This document shows, one piece after another, positions 22,795 through 33,053 of a stretch of DNA of 64,000 nucleotides. Position 1 is the first letter of the stretch, and every line of letters starts with the position of its first letter. Made by a program: the position numbers and the translations under genes. This DNA comes from a virus. The notes beneath the pieces were generated by a model. That model was not told where the DNA came from and did no database searches. It was given only the letters and a program-made list of their open reading frames with translations. Location: positions 58,780-122,779 of IMG/VR virus record IMGVR_UViG_3300042114_000045. One strand, written 5' to 3'.

Positions 22795-23267
22795 ACTATA
22801 GAAAACAACCAGCAATTAACAAATTATCTTTCAATTTCAAAGCTAAAACAATTGTTTTCTGTAGTGCCTACTTGGCACATCTGATTCAAGAACCCGTACA
22901 TAGGGTAAGCATTGTATATGTACACGCAGCAAAATAAACAAACAAAATTAAACAAGTAAATTTAAAACGGTTTGCCTTAAAGTCAACACTGGCATAATAA
23001 GGACTGCTTGTATACCCGAGTATACACTTCTGATATACTGTATATATCATGAGTTAGATCCTTGCTTACCAAAAAAAACCAACTTCAAGCTTAAAACTCC
23101 CACTGAAAAAGAATATAAGCCGAGACAATAATCATCTTTGAATACCTCCTTTCTAAATAAAACTTCAAAGAATAAAGCACATTTTTTGTGCTTTACAGAC
23201 AACATACAGCAATTATAAAAACTTCAATTTTGGATTTGAAATCAACCTGTTGTCTGTAAATCACAAA
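22795..23267 (+). repeat. Further stem-CAGCAA hairpin elements
   Basis: 22795-22808/22852-22865 + ccagcaa; tatgtaca/tgtatata + cgcagcaa (~22917-23046); 23185-23204/23248-23267 + tacagcaa. Confidence 0.6.
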
Positions 23268-23285
23268 CTAAACTAGGAAACAATA

Positions 23286-23624
23286 ATGTATATAGAACTT
23301 CAAACATTGGCATTTATTTTAATACTACACTTCGTAGCTGACTTTATTTTACAATCAGATTATATTGCTAAAACTAAGTCATCATCATGGAAATCTCTTA
23401 CTATCCATGTGAGTATATATACTATGGTTTTGCTACTTACACTAAACCCTTTATGGGCTTTCGTTAACGGTACCCTTCACTTTTGCGTAGATGCTGTAAC
23501 TTCAAGACTTACGTCAATGCTATGGAAAGAAGGCAAGACTCATTACTTTTTCGTTGTTATTGGGTTTGACCAATTACTTCACACTCTTATGTTGGTCACA
23601 ACCTATATTTATTTAACAAATTAA
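23286..23624 (+). CDS. DUF3307-like membrane protein
   Basis: HFVADFILQ...H..IY...HFCVD...GFDQLLH. Confidence 0.8.
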   Translation: MYIELQTLAFILILHFVADFILQSDYIAKTKSSSWKSLTIHVSIYTMVLLLTLNPLWAFVNGTLHFCVDAVTSRLTSMLWKEGKTHYFFVVIGFDQLLHTLMLVTTYIYLTN

Positions 23625-23634
23625 AGGATTTATT

Positions 23635-24165
23635 ATGAATAAAAAATACGGTATCTACATTGGTAGACTACAACCAATGCACTTAGGTCATCAACAGATT
23701 ATTAATACAATCATCTCAGATGGTCTAGAACCGATCATAATCCTTGGTTCAGCCCAAGAGTCAGGTACAGAGAAAAATACTCTTACCGTGTCTCAGAGAC
23801 GCTCTATTATCCGTAGTTGTTACCCAGCTATGAAAGTATTTAAACTAAATGACTACCCTGATTGGAATCAATGGTTTGAACATCTAATGGATATACTAGA
23901 CGGACTATCACCAAAGCGCGAAGATATCGTTATATACACACATTCAAAACCAGAAGACCTAAAAGCTTTTGAGTTCCGTGGTATTAACTACGAGTCAGAG
24001 TACTATACTCATATGTTTCATGTAGAAGGTATGAACCTAAAAAACATTGAGTCAGCAAACTTTCCGGTAAGAGCTAGTACAATCAGAGCAGACTTAGAAA
24101 ACAATAAACACTTCCTAGACGAAAAAGTCTATAACCAATTTGCAACAATAAAATATTTAAAATAG
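23635..24165 (+). CDS. Nicotinamide mononucleotide adenylyltransferase (NadM-like)
   Basis: GRLQPMHLGH (HxGH), GSAQES, ASTIR; adjacent to NAMPT. Confidence 0.85.
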   Translation: MNKKYGIYIGRLQPMHLGHQQIINTIISDGLEPIIILGSAQESGTEKNTLTVSQRRSIIRSCYPAMKVFKLNDYPDWNQWFEHLMDILDGLSPKREDIVIYTHSKPEDLKAFEFRGINYESEYYTHMFHVEGMNLKNIESANFPVRASTIRADLENNKHFLDEKVYNQFATIKYLK

Positions 24166-24173
24166 GAAAATCA

Positions 24174-24788
24174 ATGCAACCAATATTCATTCATTCATTA
24201 GAAGAAACAACTGAACACAAATTTGTAAAACCTGCTAAACTAGCTACATATACGATAGGTGATAAACTAGGTAAAAAACACTACTGGGAAGTAATAGAAA
24301 ATCCAAAACAAACTGTACATATTATGGTAGTAAACACAGATACTAATACACTTCATTTAGTAGAACAAACTAGAGTACCTGTAGCAATAAATACTAGATT
24401 TATAACAGGAGTAACTGTTGAAGTGTGTGCTGGTTTAGTCGATAAATACGAAGGTGAAGAAGATCAATTAATAAAAATTGCTATTGATGAAGTACAAGAA
24501 GAATTAGGTTACACAATAACTAAATCAGATATACAACAAATTGATACAATTCTTTCGAATGTAGGTATGTCAGGTAGTGTTTCAAACTTATTCGTCGCTA
24601 TGATAAATAATGATACACCAAAAACAATAGTTGATCCTCAAGACGGAGAAAACTTAAAAGAAGTAATACTAACAATCGAAGAAGCGATGGATTTCGTTAT
24701 ACAAGTACAAAACACTGATGCAACTACGAAATTTTTAGTAACAGGTATGTTAGTAAACTATATTTCAAAGGCTTTAAATGAAAACTAA
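24174..24788 (+). CDS. NUDIX hydrolase (ADP-ribose pyrophosphatase-like)
   Basis: VEQTRVP...EVCAGLVD...AIDEVQEELGY Nudix box. Confidence 0.85.
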   Translation: MQPIFIHSLEETTEHKFVKPAKLATYTIGDKLGKKHYWEVIENPKQTVHIMVVNTDTNTLHLVEQTRVPVAINTRFITGVTVEVCAGLVDKYEGEEDQLIKIAIDEVQEELGYTITKSDIQQIDTILSNVGMSGSVSNLFVAMINNDTPKTIVDPQDGENLKEVILTIEEAMDFVIQVQNTDATTKFLVTGMLVNYISKALNEN

Positions 24789-26175
24789 AAATAGAATCTT
24801 AATGGCTGACTCATATAAGTACAGTCACACAACTCAATACCCTCCAAAAACTACTTCTATGTACAGTTACTTAGAAGCTAGAGGTTCAAAACAATATAAT
24901 AGAGTTGTATTCTTCGGATTACAATATCTTTTAAAAACTTACTTCTCAACGCCAATTACGTTAGACGAAGTTAAAGAAGCAAAAGATTACGCAGAAGCTA
25001 ATGGAGTACCGTTCGATACAGAAGGTTGGACATATATAGCTACAACTTTAAAAGGTATGTTACCCGTAGAAATTAAAGCTGTACAAGAAGGTTCAGTATT
25101 ACCTTTATCAGTTCCATTATTAACTGTAGAATCAACGGATCCAAGAGTATTCTGGGTTGCATCTTGGCTAGAAACATTCTTAATGAAAGTTTGGTACCCG
25201 TGTACAGTAGCTACTAGATCATACTTTATTAAACAACTACTATTAGAGTTTGCAAATAAAACTCAAGATATACCAAACGTAGATTTTCAATTCCATAACT
25301 TCGGTTACAGAGGAGCAACTACAGAAGAAGCTGGTGTAGTAGGTGGTATGGCACACTTAACTCAATTCCTTGGTACAGATAATATTTACAACTTAAAAAC
25401 TATGGCTGAGGCTTACAACGCACATCCATCAACAATAGGTTACTCAATACCAGCAACTGAACACTCAACTGTAACTAGTTGGGGTAGAGATGGTGAAGAA
25501 GCAATGATTATGAACTATCTTGAACAAAACAAAGGTAAACACCTTATAGCTTGTGTAATGGACAGCTACGATTACTACTCAGCAATAACTATGATAACAT
25601 CTGGTAAATTTAAACAAAAAATTGAATCATCAGAGTACCCAACATTCGTAATAAGACCTGACTCTGGAGAGCAAGTAGAAATACTACACTTCACATTAAG
25701 TATTCTTGAAAAAAACAAAGTAGCCTATACTACAAACGGTAAAGGATTCAAAGTATTAAACAAATACAGAATCATATTCGGAGACGGTATTAACGAAGCA
25801 GTTATAAATCAATTACTTAACGTACTGTACACTAGAGGTTATAGCTCAGAAAACATAGCATTCGGATCTGGTGGATGGTTAATGCAAGACTTAAACAGAG
25901 ATACATTAGGTTTTGCAATTAAGTGTTCTAGTATTACAATAGATGGTAAACAAAAAGATGTATATAAAGATCCAAAAACAGATTCATCAAAAAAATCTAA
26001 GAGAGGTAGAGTAACTACTTGGTATGAAACTATGTATAAAAAACATATAATAGTAGATGTAATAGGTGATACACCATCAGTAGGACATACTTGCTATCTT
26101 GACAGAGTATTCCTAAACGGTAAAATAATTTGTGAAACAACACTATCTACTATAAGAGCTAACTCAAATGAATAA
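24778..26175 (+). CDS. nadV: Nicotinamide phosphoribosyltransferase
   Basis: ADSYKYSH, FFGLQY, WYPCTVAT, SIPATEHS, VIRPDSG, GDGI, AFGSGG. Confidence 0.93.
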   Translation: MKTKNRILMADSYKYSHTTQYPPKTTSMYSYLEARGSKQYNRVVFFGLQYLLKTYFSTPITLDEVKEAKDYAEANGVPFDTEGWTYIATTLKGMLPVEIKAVQEGSVLPLSVPLLTVESTDPRVFWVASWLETFLMKVWYPCTVATRSYFIKQLLLEFANKTQDIPNVDFQFHNFGYRGATTEEAGVVGGMAHLTQFLGTDNIYNLKTMAEAYNAHPSTIGYSIPATEHSTVTSWGRDGEEAMIMNYLEQNKGKHLIACVMDSYDYYSAITMITSGKFKQKIESSEYPTFVIRPDSGEQVEILHFTLSILEKNKVAYTTNGKGFKVLNKYRIIFGDGINEAVINQLLNVLYTRGYSSENIAFGSGGWLMQDLNRDTLGFAIKCSSITIDGKQKDVYKDPKTDSSKKSKRGRVTTWYETMYKKHIIVDVIGDTPSVGHTCYLDRVFLNGKIICETTLSTIRANSNE

Positions 26176-26671
26176 TTCAACTAGAGTAACAAAAACACAC
26201 TTGTTTTTCTGGAATACTATATACTCACAATGGTATACAGCACCGAAACTAATTACAGAAGAAGGTAAAACATTTACAAGTGCAGAACAGTACATGATGT
26301 ACAAAAAAGCACAACTGTTCAACGACGTAGAAGCAGCAGAAGAAATTTTAGCAACAGACAATCCTAGAACCATAAAAGCTATAGGTAGAAGAGTTAAAAA
26401 CTTTAACGCAACTGCATGGTCAGATATAAGCTACGCTGTAGTAGTGCAAGGAAACTTCTTAAAGTTTACGCAAAATATAGAGCTACAACATACTCTAAGA
26501 GAACAAGCACACCTACAACTAGTAGAAGCTTCACCAGAAGATAAAATCTGGGGAATTGGACTACATGCATCAGATGATAGGGTATTAGATGAATCGCAAT
26601 GGCAAGGACAAAATTTATTAGGTAAAGCAATAATGGCTGTAAGAGAAAGAATATTAAATGGCATCAATTAA
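26168..26671 (+). CDS. NADAR (YbiA-like) ADP-ribose hydrolase
   Basis: SQWY...SAEQYMMYKKA.LF...KFTQN...LVEASPEDKIWGIG...GQNLLGKAIM. Confidence 0.92.
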   Translation: MNNSTRVTKTHLFFWNTIYSQWYTAPKLITEEGKTFTSAEQYMMYKKAQLFNDVEAAEEILATDNPRTIKAIGRRVKNFNATAWSDISYAVVVQGNFLKFTQNIELQHTLREQAHLQLVEASPEDKIWGIGLHASDDRVLDESQWQGQNLLGKAIMAVRERILNGIN

Positions 26672-27083
26672 AAAAGCATTTACTCAAGCCTACGCAGATA
26701 TGAAACGAAAAGGTTGGGACTGGATCTACATTTACGTAGATTTACACTCAACTGTAATCAAACCAACCTATGTACACGATGACATATCAATCAACTACTA
26801 TCCGTTAGCGAAAGAAGCATTACAGATGCTATCAAATAGACCAGATATTAGACTTGTTATGTATACTTGTCAAAATGACAAAACTTGTACTAGACAAGCT
26901 CAGCAATTCAAACTAGACGATATACATTTTGATGGTATAAACGTCAATTTAGAAACAGATCCATCGGAGTACGCAGACTACTCATTCAAACCTTACTTCA
27001 ACGTCTTATTAGAAGACAAAGCAGGATTTGAACCAGAAGAAGACTGGAATGAAATACTAGATTTCTACGCTCCTAAAGTGTAG
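26658..27083 (+). CDS. HAD-superfamily phosphatase-like protein
   Basis: VDLHST motif I; KPYFNVLLEDKAGF. Confidence 0.6.
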   Translation: MASIKKAFTQAYADMKRKGWDWIYIYVDLHSTVIKPTYVHDDISINYYPLAKEALQMLSNRPDIRLVMYTCQNDKTCTRQAQQFKLDDIHFDGINVNLETDPSEYADYSFKPYFNVLLEDKAGFEPEEDWNEILDFYAPKV

Positions 27084-27299
27084 AATCTAGACTTTAAATT
27101 AAGGAAATATTATGAAACAAAAAATAGTTAGTTTTATTACCAACCAAGGTAAAGACCACGTAAAAGATACAGTATCATCTATTGCAACGACAATAGCAAT
27201 TAAAGTGATACTGACAGTGTTTATTATAACATTAATAGTATCAGGCGGTTGCGTAGCAACATCTTCATTACTTGATACAAAAACAGAGGTTACAAAATA

Positions 27300-28307
27300 A
27301 TGTACGAGGCATACAAACAAGTAAATACAGAAGTAAGAAAGCACGGTATGCTACTACTTTTAACAAAATCAGGTTCAATGCTTTATGGTACTAATACACC
27401 TAGTAGTGATACAGATTATAAGGGAGTATATCTGCCATATAAAGAATCGTTATTACTACAAAAAACTACCGAATTTATTAAATTAGACACAAATAAAACA
27501 GGGAAAGCAAATACATCGGAAGATATTGATTGTCACATAGACTCAATCCATAAATGGTTACACTTATTAGAAAAAGGTGAAACTAACGCGTTAGATACAT
27601 TATTCTCGTTATGGACAGATAAAGTAGAATACGTAGATCCTAGATTTGAAAAAGTATTAAAAGATAATTACCTTAGTTTTATAACTTCAAATCCACACGC
27701 ATTCGTAGGTTACTGTATATCACAAACTAAAAAATATAATATTAGAGGTACAAGATACAACGAATTGTTAGAGTTTGTAACGTATTTAAGGGAATTACCT
27801 TTAGAACCAGAAACTAAAATGTTTACATTTATAGATCATATAAAACAACACTTAACAACAAATTCTGATAAGTACATTAAATTTGTGCAAGCACCTGGAC
27901 CAAGAGGTGCTAAAATCGAAGAATGGACTTACTTAGAAGTACTAGGAAGAAAATTCGCAGATAATATCACACTAGAATACTTAGACCAAAAATGTACTGA
28001 GATGCTCAATAGCTACGGTTCTCGTGTTGTAGGCAACACTGATGCAATAGACTGGAAAGCTATGTCACATGCAGTAAGAGTAATCTTAGAGGTAGAAGAG
28101 CTACTATCAACTAGTTTTATTAAATTCCCATTAAAAGATGCAGAATTTATTAAACAAGTAAAAGCCGGTAACGTAGAAATTGATAAAGTGCAACAGCTTC
28201 TTACTCAAAAAATTGAGTTAGTAGATGAACTTTTACAAACAACAACATTAAACAAAGAAGTAGATAAAAGAGAAGTAAGTAACTTAATATTATCATACTA
28301 CAACTAA
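27300..28307 (+). CDS. Nucleotidyltransferase (Pol-beta superfamily)
   Basis: GSMLYGTNTPSSDTDYKG; DWKAMSHAVR. Confidence 0.85.
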   Translation: MYEAYKQVNTEVRKHGMLLLLTKSGSMLYGTNTPSSDTDYKGVYLPYKESLLLQKTTEFIKLDTNKTGKANTSEDIDCHIDSIHKWLHLLEKGETNALDTLFSLWTDKVEYVDPRFEKVLKDNYLSFITSNPHAFVGYCISQTKKYNIRGTRYNELLEFVTYLRELPLEPETKMFTFIDHIKQHLTTNSDKYIKFVQAPGPRGAKIEEWTYLEVLGRKFADNITLEYLDQKCTEMLNSYGSRVVGNTDAIDWKAMSHAVRVILEVEELLSTSFIKFPLKDAEFIKQVKAGNVEIDKVQQLLTQKIELVDELLQTTTLNKEVDKREVSNLILSYYN

Positions 28308-28316
28308 GGAAAACAC

Positions 28317-29537
28317 ATGGAAAAAAAGGTAACAATATATTCAGACACAATTGAAACAGAAGCATTAGAGCAATTCTACGCAGCAATGGCGTTACCTTGT
28401 GTGCTTCAAGGTGCATTAATGCCTGATTCACATACAGGATATACACTCCCAATTGGAGCAGTAGTTAAAACACAAAGTAAAATATTTCCATCTTTCGTAG
28501 GTTACGATATAGGATGCGGTATGTCTGCAATCAGAACAAATGTAAAGAACTTAACAGAACAACAACTACAAGATCTTAAAACTTTAATTCTTAAAAAGAT
28601 ACCACTTGGTAGAGATACACATAAAGGTAGAATGAAATTAAAGAATAAGTACACTGGTATGTCAGACATAGCAACAGATGTATTTCAACATCTTGCAGAT
28701 AAACAAGTTGGAACTCTTGGTGGAGGAAACCACTTCATTGAAGTAGGTACTGATAAAGAAGACTACGTAAACATTGTAATCCACTCTGGTTCAAGAGGCG
28801 TAGGTAAGAAAATAGCTGAACACTATATGAAACTCGCTGCAATGGAAGATGTAGATAAATCTCGTTATGGAGCAGAATTCAGATCAAAAAATGATTGGGA
28901 ATCTAAAAATCCAGATAACTTTAAAAAAGCTATGGACGAATTTGTATACAGAAGAACAAGAGCTAGAGTATCAGATGTAGAAGGTGCCTACGGCTTCGAT
29001 ATCTCATCAGAATCTGGTAAAGCATATATACACGATATGGATCAAGCACTGGCATTTGCGTTAGAAAATAGAGAAACTATGATTTATACAATTGTAGACT
29101 GTATCAAAGAGGTATTAGGAACTAAAACCGTAGGTACTTCTCGTTTCATTAATAGAAACCATAATCACGCTGAAATAAATGAAGCTGGAGAAGTAATACA
29201 CCGTAAAGGAGCAACTCACGCAGAAGAAGGTATGCTTGGAGTAATTCCAGGAAATATGCGAGATGGTTCTTTCATCGTTTCAGGAAAAGGTAATCCACAT
29301 TCAATGAATAGTAGTTCACACGGAGCAGGACGAGTCCTATCTCGTAGACAAGCCAAAGACTTACTATCGTTGGAAGATCTGCGGATTGCTACACAAGGAA
29401 TAGTTACGAACCATTCAGATGAAAATATAGACGAAGCACCAGATGCTTACAAAAATATCTTTGAAGTAATGGAACTTCAATCAGATTTAGTAGAAGTACT
29501 AGATCATATAAAACCAATCCTCAATATTAAAGGTTAA
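28317..29537 (+). CDS. rtcB: RNA ligase RtcB
   Basis: MPDSHTG, VGYDIGCG, GTLGGGNHFIE, HSGSRG, HNH, HRKGAT, SHGAGR, DEAPDAYK. Confidence 0.96.
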   Translation: MEKKVTIYSDTIETEALEQFYAAMALPCVLQGALMPDSHTGYTLPIGAVVKTQSKIFPSFVGYDIGCGMSAIRTNVKNLTEQQLQDLKTLILKKIPLGRDTHKGRMKLKNKYTGMSDIATDVFQHLADKQVGTLGGGNHFIEVGTDKEDYVNIVIHSGSRGVGKKIAEHYMKLAAMEDVDKSRYGAEFRSKNDWESKNPDNFKKAMDEFVYRRTRARVSDVEGAYGFDISSESGKAYIHDMDQALAFALENRETMIYTIVDCIKEVLGTKTVGTSRFINRNHNHAEINEAGEVIHRKGATHAEEGMLGVIPGNMRDGSFIVSGKGNPHSMNSSSHGAGRVLSRRQAKDLLSLEDLRIATQGIVTNHSDENIDEAPDAYKNIFEVMELQSDLVEVLDHIKPILNIKG

Positions 29538-29540
29538 TAA

Positions 29541-30680
29541 ATGACTACTTTACCAACTCTGTATAAAAGAACTAAAACTGGTGCAATTCAAGTATGTAGT
29601 ATACTTGTATCAGCAGACACATACACAGTAGTGTTTGGTAAACTAAATGGTAAAATGCAAAGTAAAACTACTACCTGCAAACCTAAAAACGTAGGTAAAT
29701 CAAATGAAACTACGGGACCACAACAAGCGATACTAGAAGCTGAGTCAAAATATAGATCGAAAATAGATGAAGGTTACAGTTTAAACCAAGAACCAGATTC
29801 TGAGGTTGAACTTCCTATGAAAGTTAAAATTTATCAAGAATCAAAACATTTAGTAGACTGGCAAGGTGGAGTAACAGTATCTCCTAAGCTTAATGGTGTA
29901 AATGGAGAATTCAAATTCAAACTAGTCAATGGAAAACTTAAGTTATTTTCAAGAGGCGGATTAGAGTATCCAATGCTTGAACATCTAAAACCAACTATAC
30001 TTAAAGTTCTTCAACTATCAGGGGAAACTAGTCTTAACGTTGAATTATACAAGCACGGATGGCACCTTCAAGATATTACTGCAGCAGTCAAAGCGTTTAA
30101 GCCAGATACACATGAGTTTCCTACATCAAAAATTGAAGCACATATCTTTGAAGTACCATCAAGAACAAACAGTTATGTACACACAATGACTAAAATAGCT
30201 GCTATAACTTCTGCTATCAATAAAGCTAATATTAAACAAAAACTACCTATTTTAGTAGATACAGTTCCGTTTTACGAAGTTACAAATGAAGCTGAAATTG
30301 ACACTTGGTTTGATAGGGTAGTTGATAATTTCGAGGGATTAATTGTTAGAAATAACAGATGTGAATATAGGTATAATGAACGAAGTTCAGATGTATTCAA
30401 GTATAAAAAAGCTTTAGACGCTGAATATGAAATTGTAGGCTACAACATCGATAAAAATGATCATGTAGTATACGTATGTACAACAAAAAATGGTAAAAGA
30501 TTTTCAGTAAAACGAAAAGGTACAAATGAACAAAGACTAGCTGATGCACTTGTAGTTAAAACAAACATTGGTAAATTTTTAACCATAGAGTATGAAACTC
30601 TATCGAAAGATCTGATACCTCAGAAACCAGTTGGATTAAATTTCAGAGACTGTGATATTAATGGTGATCCATTAATATAA
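29541..30680 (+). CDS. ATP-dependent DNA ligase
   Basis: SPKLNG (motif I variant), FSRGG, EGLIVR, KYK; C-terminal OB fold. Confidence 0.85.
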   Translation: MTTLPTLYKRTKTGAIQVCSILVSADTYTVVFGKLNGKMQSKTTTCKPKNVGKSNETTGPQQAILEAESKYRSKIDEGYSLNQEPDSEVELPMKVKIYQESKHLVDWQGGVTVSPKLNGVNGEFKFKLVNGKLKLFSRGGLEYPMLEHLKPTILKVLQLSGETSLNVELYKHGWHLQDITAAVKAFKPDTHEFPTSKIEAHIFEVPSRTNSYVHTMTKIAAITSAINKANIKQKLPILVDTVPFYEVTNEAEIDTWFDRVVDNFEGLIVRNNRCEYRYNERSSDVFKYKKALDAEYEIVGYNIDKNDHVVYVCTTKNGKRFSVKRKGTNEQRLADALVVKTNIGKFLTIEYETLSKDLIPQKPVGLNFRDCDINGDPLI

Positions 30681-30703
30681 AATATTCATTAAAGGAAAAA
30701 AAT

Positions 30704-31651
30704 ATGGGACAAGGATATTGTGATTTTAACCCAAAGCTATTTGCACCATTTATATCAAAAAAGGTAAAAATAAACCCTGAGTTAGCTGATGACTGGGAAA
30801 TAATACCTACAACATATGTAAGTACTACTGGATTCTCATTAAAATCAAAAAAGTTAAACCAAGAAGTAGCTGACATAGAACTGTATAGATTTTTGAAGTT
30901 TTCAAAAGAACAAAAATTAGTTATAGAAGGACTGAAGTTAAAAGGTACTTATATTATAGGTAACGATAGAAGTGTGTATACACAGAGTATGTACAATGAA
31001 TGGTTTTCATTATATCATAAAAGAACTGAGACTATTATAAACCCAAAAGATTATATAGTAGGTAACAAATATACTACACCATGTGGTATGTCACTGATTT
31101 ATTTAGGATACAGATACGTAGCAACAATAAAAAAAGCACATTTAATTAACTACGCAGAGCACTCAACAATAATAAAAAAACATTTTTATGTTGATGCCTC
31201 ATTCAATAAGTACCATGACAATAATTCAGCGCCCATCTACGAATTAAAAATGAAGTTATCAAAAGATTTAGGTGTAGCAATAACAAAAGAAGATGCAGAT
31301 ACACTTCTATATAATTTATATGTTTCTAACCTAAATTTTATATGTTTTGAAAAAGTTAAACCGACTAACCCTGTATTTGGTATTATACCAATGAAAGATT
31401 ATAAATTTTCTGCAGGATACAGTGATAAAACTACGAAATACTTTAACGTTCTTATAGCAAAGCTAAATAATCAGTACTTTTCTGGTAGATATACGTTATA
31501 CATGTATACAAAAGATACAGTTGAAAATGCAGTACTTGGGTCAGGTACGTTATACCTAGTTGACCCAATAACATTAATAGGTAGAGATAATTGTACTTGT
31601 CCATCACACAAAAAATTTGATAGTTACCACAGAATAGGATTGATAAAATGA
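30704..31651 (+). CDS. Hypothetical protein
   Basis: 315-aa ORF with SD; no recognised motif. Confidence 0.55.
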   Translation: MGQGYCDFNPKLFAPFISKKVKINPELADDWEIIPTTYVSTTGFSLKSKKLNQEVADIELYRFLKFSKEQKLVIEGLKLKGTYIIGNDRSVYTQSMYNEWFSLYHKRTETIINPKDYIVGNKYTTPCGMSLIYLGYRYVATIKKAHLINYAEHSTIIKKHFYVDASFNKYHDNNSAPIYELKMKLSKDLGVAITKEDADTLLYNLYVSNLNFICFEKVKPTNPVFGIIPMKDYKFSAGYSDKTTKYFNVLIAKLNNQYFSGRYTLYMYTKDTVENAVLGSGTLYLVDPITLIGRDNCTCPSHKKFDSYHRIGLIK

Positions 31652-32895
31652 AACAACAAATATACATAGTAGGAGGAGCTGTAAGAGACCAATTGCTAGA
31701 AACTATACCAGCAGACATCGACTATGTAGCTGTTGGTTATACCGCTGAACACTTTATAGAAAAAGGATTTAAGCAAGTAGGTAAAGACTTCCCAGTATTC
31801 CTATCCCCAACAGGGAACGAATACGCGCTAGCTCGCAGAGAACGTTCAACTGGAAATGGTTATAACGACTTCACAGTTGATACATCAGATGTAACAATTG
31901 AAGAAGATTTAAAACGAAGAGATTTAACAATAAATTCAATGGCACTTGATGCAGATAATAAGCTCATAGATCCGTATCACGGGCAAGAAGATATAGCTCG
32001 TAAGATTCTAAGACATACGTCAGAAGCATTCGCTGAAGATCCTTTGAGAGTCCTTAGACTAGCAAGATTCAGAGCAAGATTAGGGGAGGAATGGTCAATA
32101 GCACCAGAAACAAAACTCCTCATAGATTCAATGCGACCAAAACTTACAAGTCTACAACCAGATAGAGTATTCGCAGAAGTAGATAAAGTAATGAAACTTA
32201 CTGACTCTTATATATTCTTTGAGACTTTAGATGAGCTGCAAGTATTAGACATAGTATTTCCAAATATCTACGACTTAAAATCTTATAGAGAAGGATCTAA
32301 ATGGCATAAAGAACCAAATGTCTTTGAACATACTATGAGAATGCTTCAATTAGCTTCATTATACACACCTGTAATTAAATATATGATTTTATACCACGAT
32401 ATATGTAAACCAAAGTGTAGACGACTATACGGCAATGGTGCAGGTCATGATTCAGCAGAAATGGCAGAACCATTATTAGATATTAAATTACCTACGAAGA
32501 TTAAAGAGTATGTATTACACCATATCGAATATCATCAACGAATATTTAAGGTATACGAAGACATGTCAGCTAGAAAAATAGTTAAACTTATTAAAGCTTT
32601 TAAAAAAGATAAGTTACTACTTACTTACATGATAATTGTTGGTAAATTTGACAAAGATGGTTCAATATGTCTATATCAAAGACCTCATACAGATTTTAGT
32701 TCATTTAAACATGCATTTGATGAAGTAAATAGTTTCTCTCCGTTATTTTGGATACAGGATTACATAGCAAAGAATGGTGAAAGACCTTCTGGTGAAGTAA
32801 TAAAACAATATGTTCATAATGAACAAATAAAAATCGTTAAAAGTATAATTATCAAGGAAAGAAATGAGTCAAATAGTAGAGTCACTAAAAAATAG
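31648..32895 (+). CDS. cca: CCA-adding enzyme with HD domain
   Basis: YIVGGAVRD, DIDY, VGKDFPVF, EYALAR, DLKRRDLTINSMA, EDPLRVLR, YHD. Confidence 0.93.
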   Translation: MKQQIYIVGGAVRDQLLETIPADIDYVAVGYTAEHFIEKGFKQVGKDFPVFLSPTGNEYALARRERSTGNGYNDFTVDTSDVTIEEDLKRRDLTINSMALDADNKLIDPYHGQEDIARKILRHTSEAFAEDPLRVLRLARFRARLGEEWSIAPETKLLIDSMRPKLTSLQPDRVFAEVDKVMKLTDSYIFFETLDELQVLDIVFPNIYDLKSYREGSKWHKEPNVFEHTMRMLQLASLYTPVIKYMILYHDICKPKCRRLYGNGAGHDSAEMAEPLLDIKLPTKIKEYVLHHIEYHQRIFKVYEDMSARKIVKLIKAFKKDKLLLTYMIIVGKFDKDGSICLYQRPHTDFSSFKHAFDEVNSFSPLFWIQDYIAKNGERPSGEVIKQYVHNEQIKIVKSIIIKERNESNSRVTKK

Positions 32896-33053
32896 GGTAG
32901 CAATTCTTAAAGGCTATTCTCCATTAGAAGAAGAAAAATATAAAAAAAGTAAAGAAGGTCTAGAAGATATGTTCGAGTACGCTAAGAGTAAGGGTAAAGA
33001 AATACCAAAAACACTTGTACTTGAAGTTGAAGACTTACTAAAAAAGGAATAAA

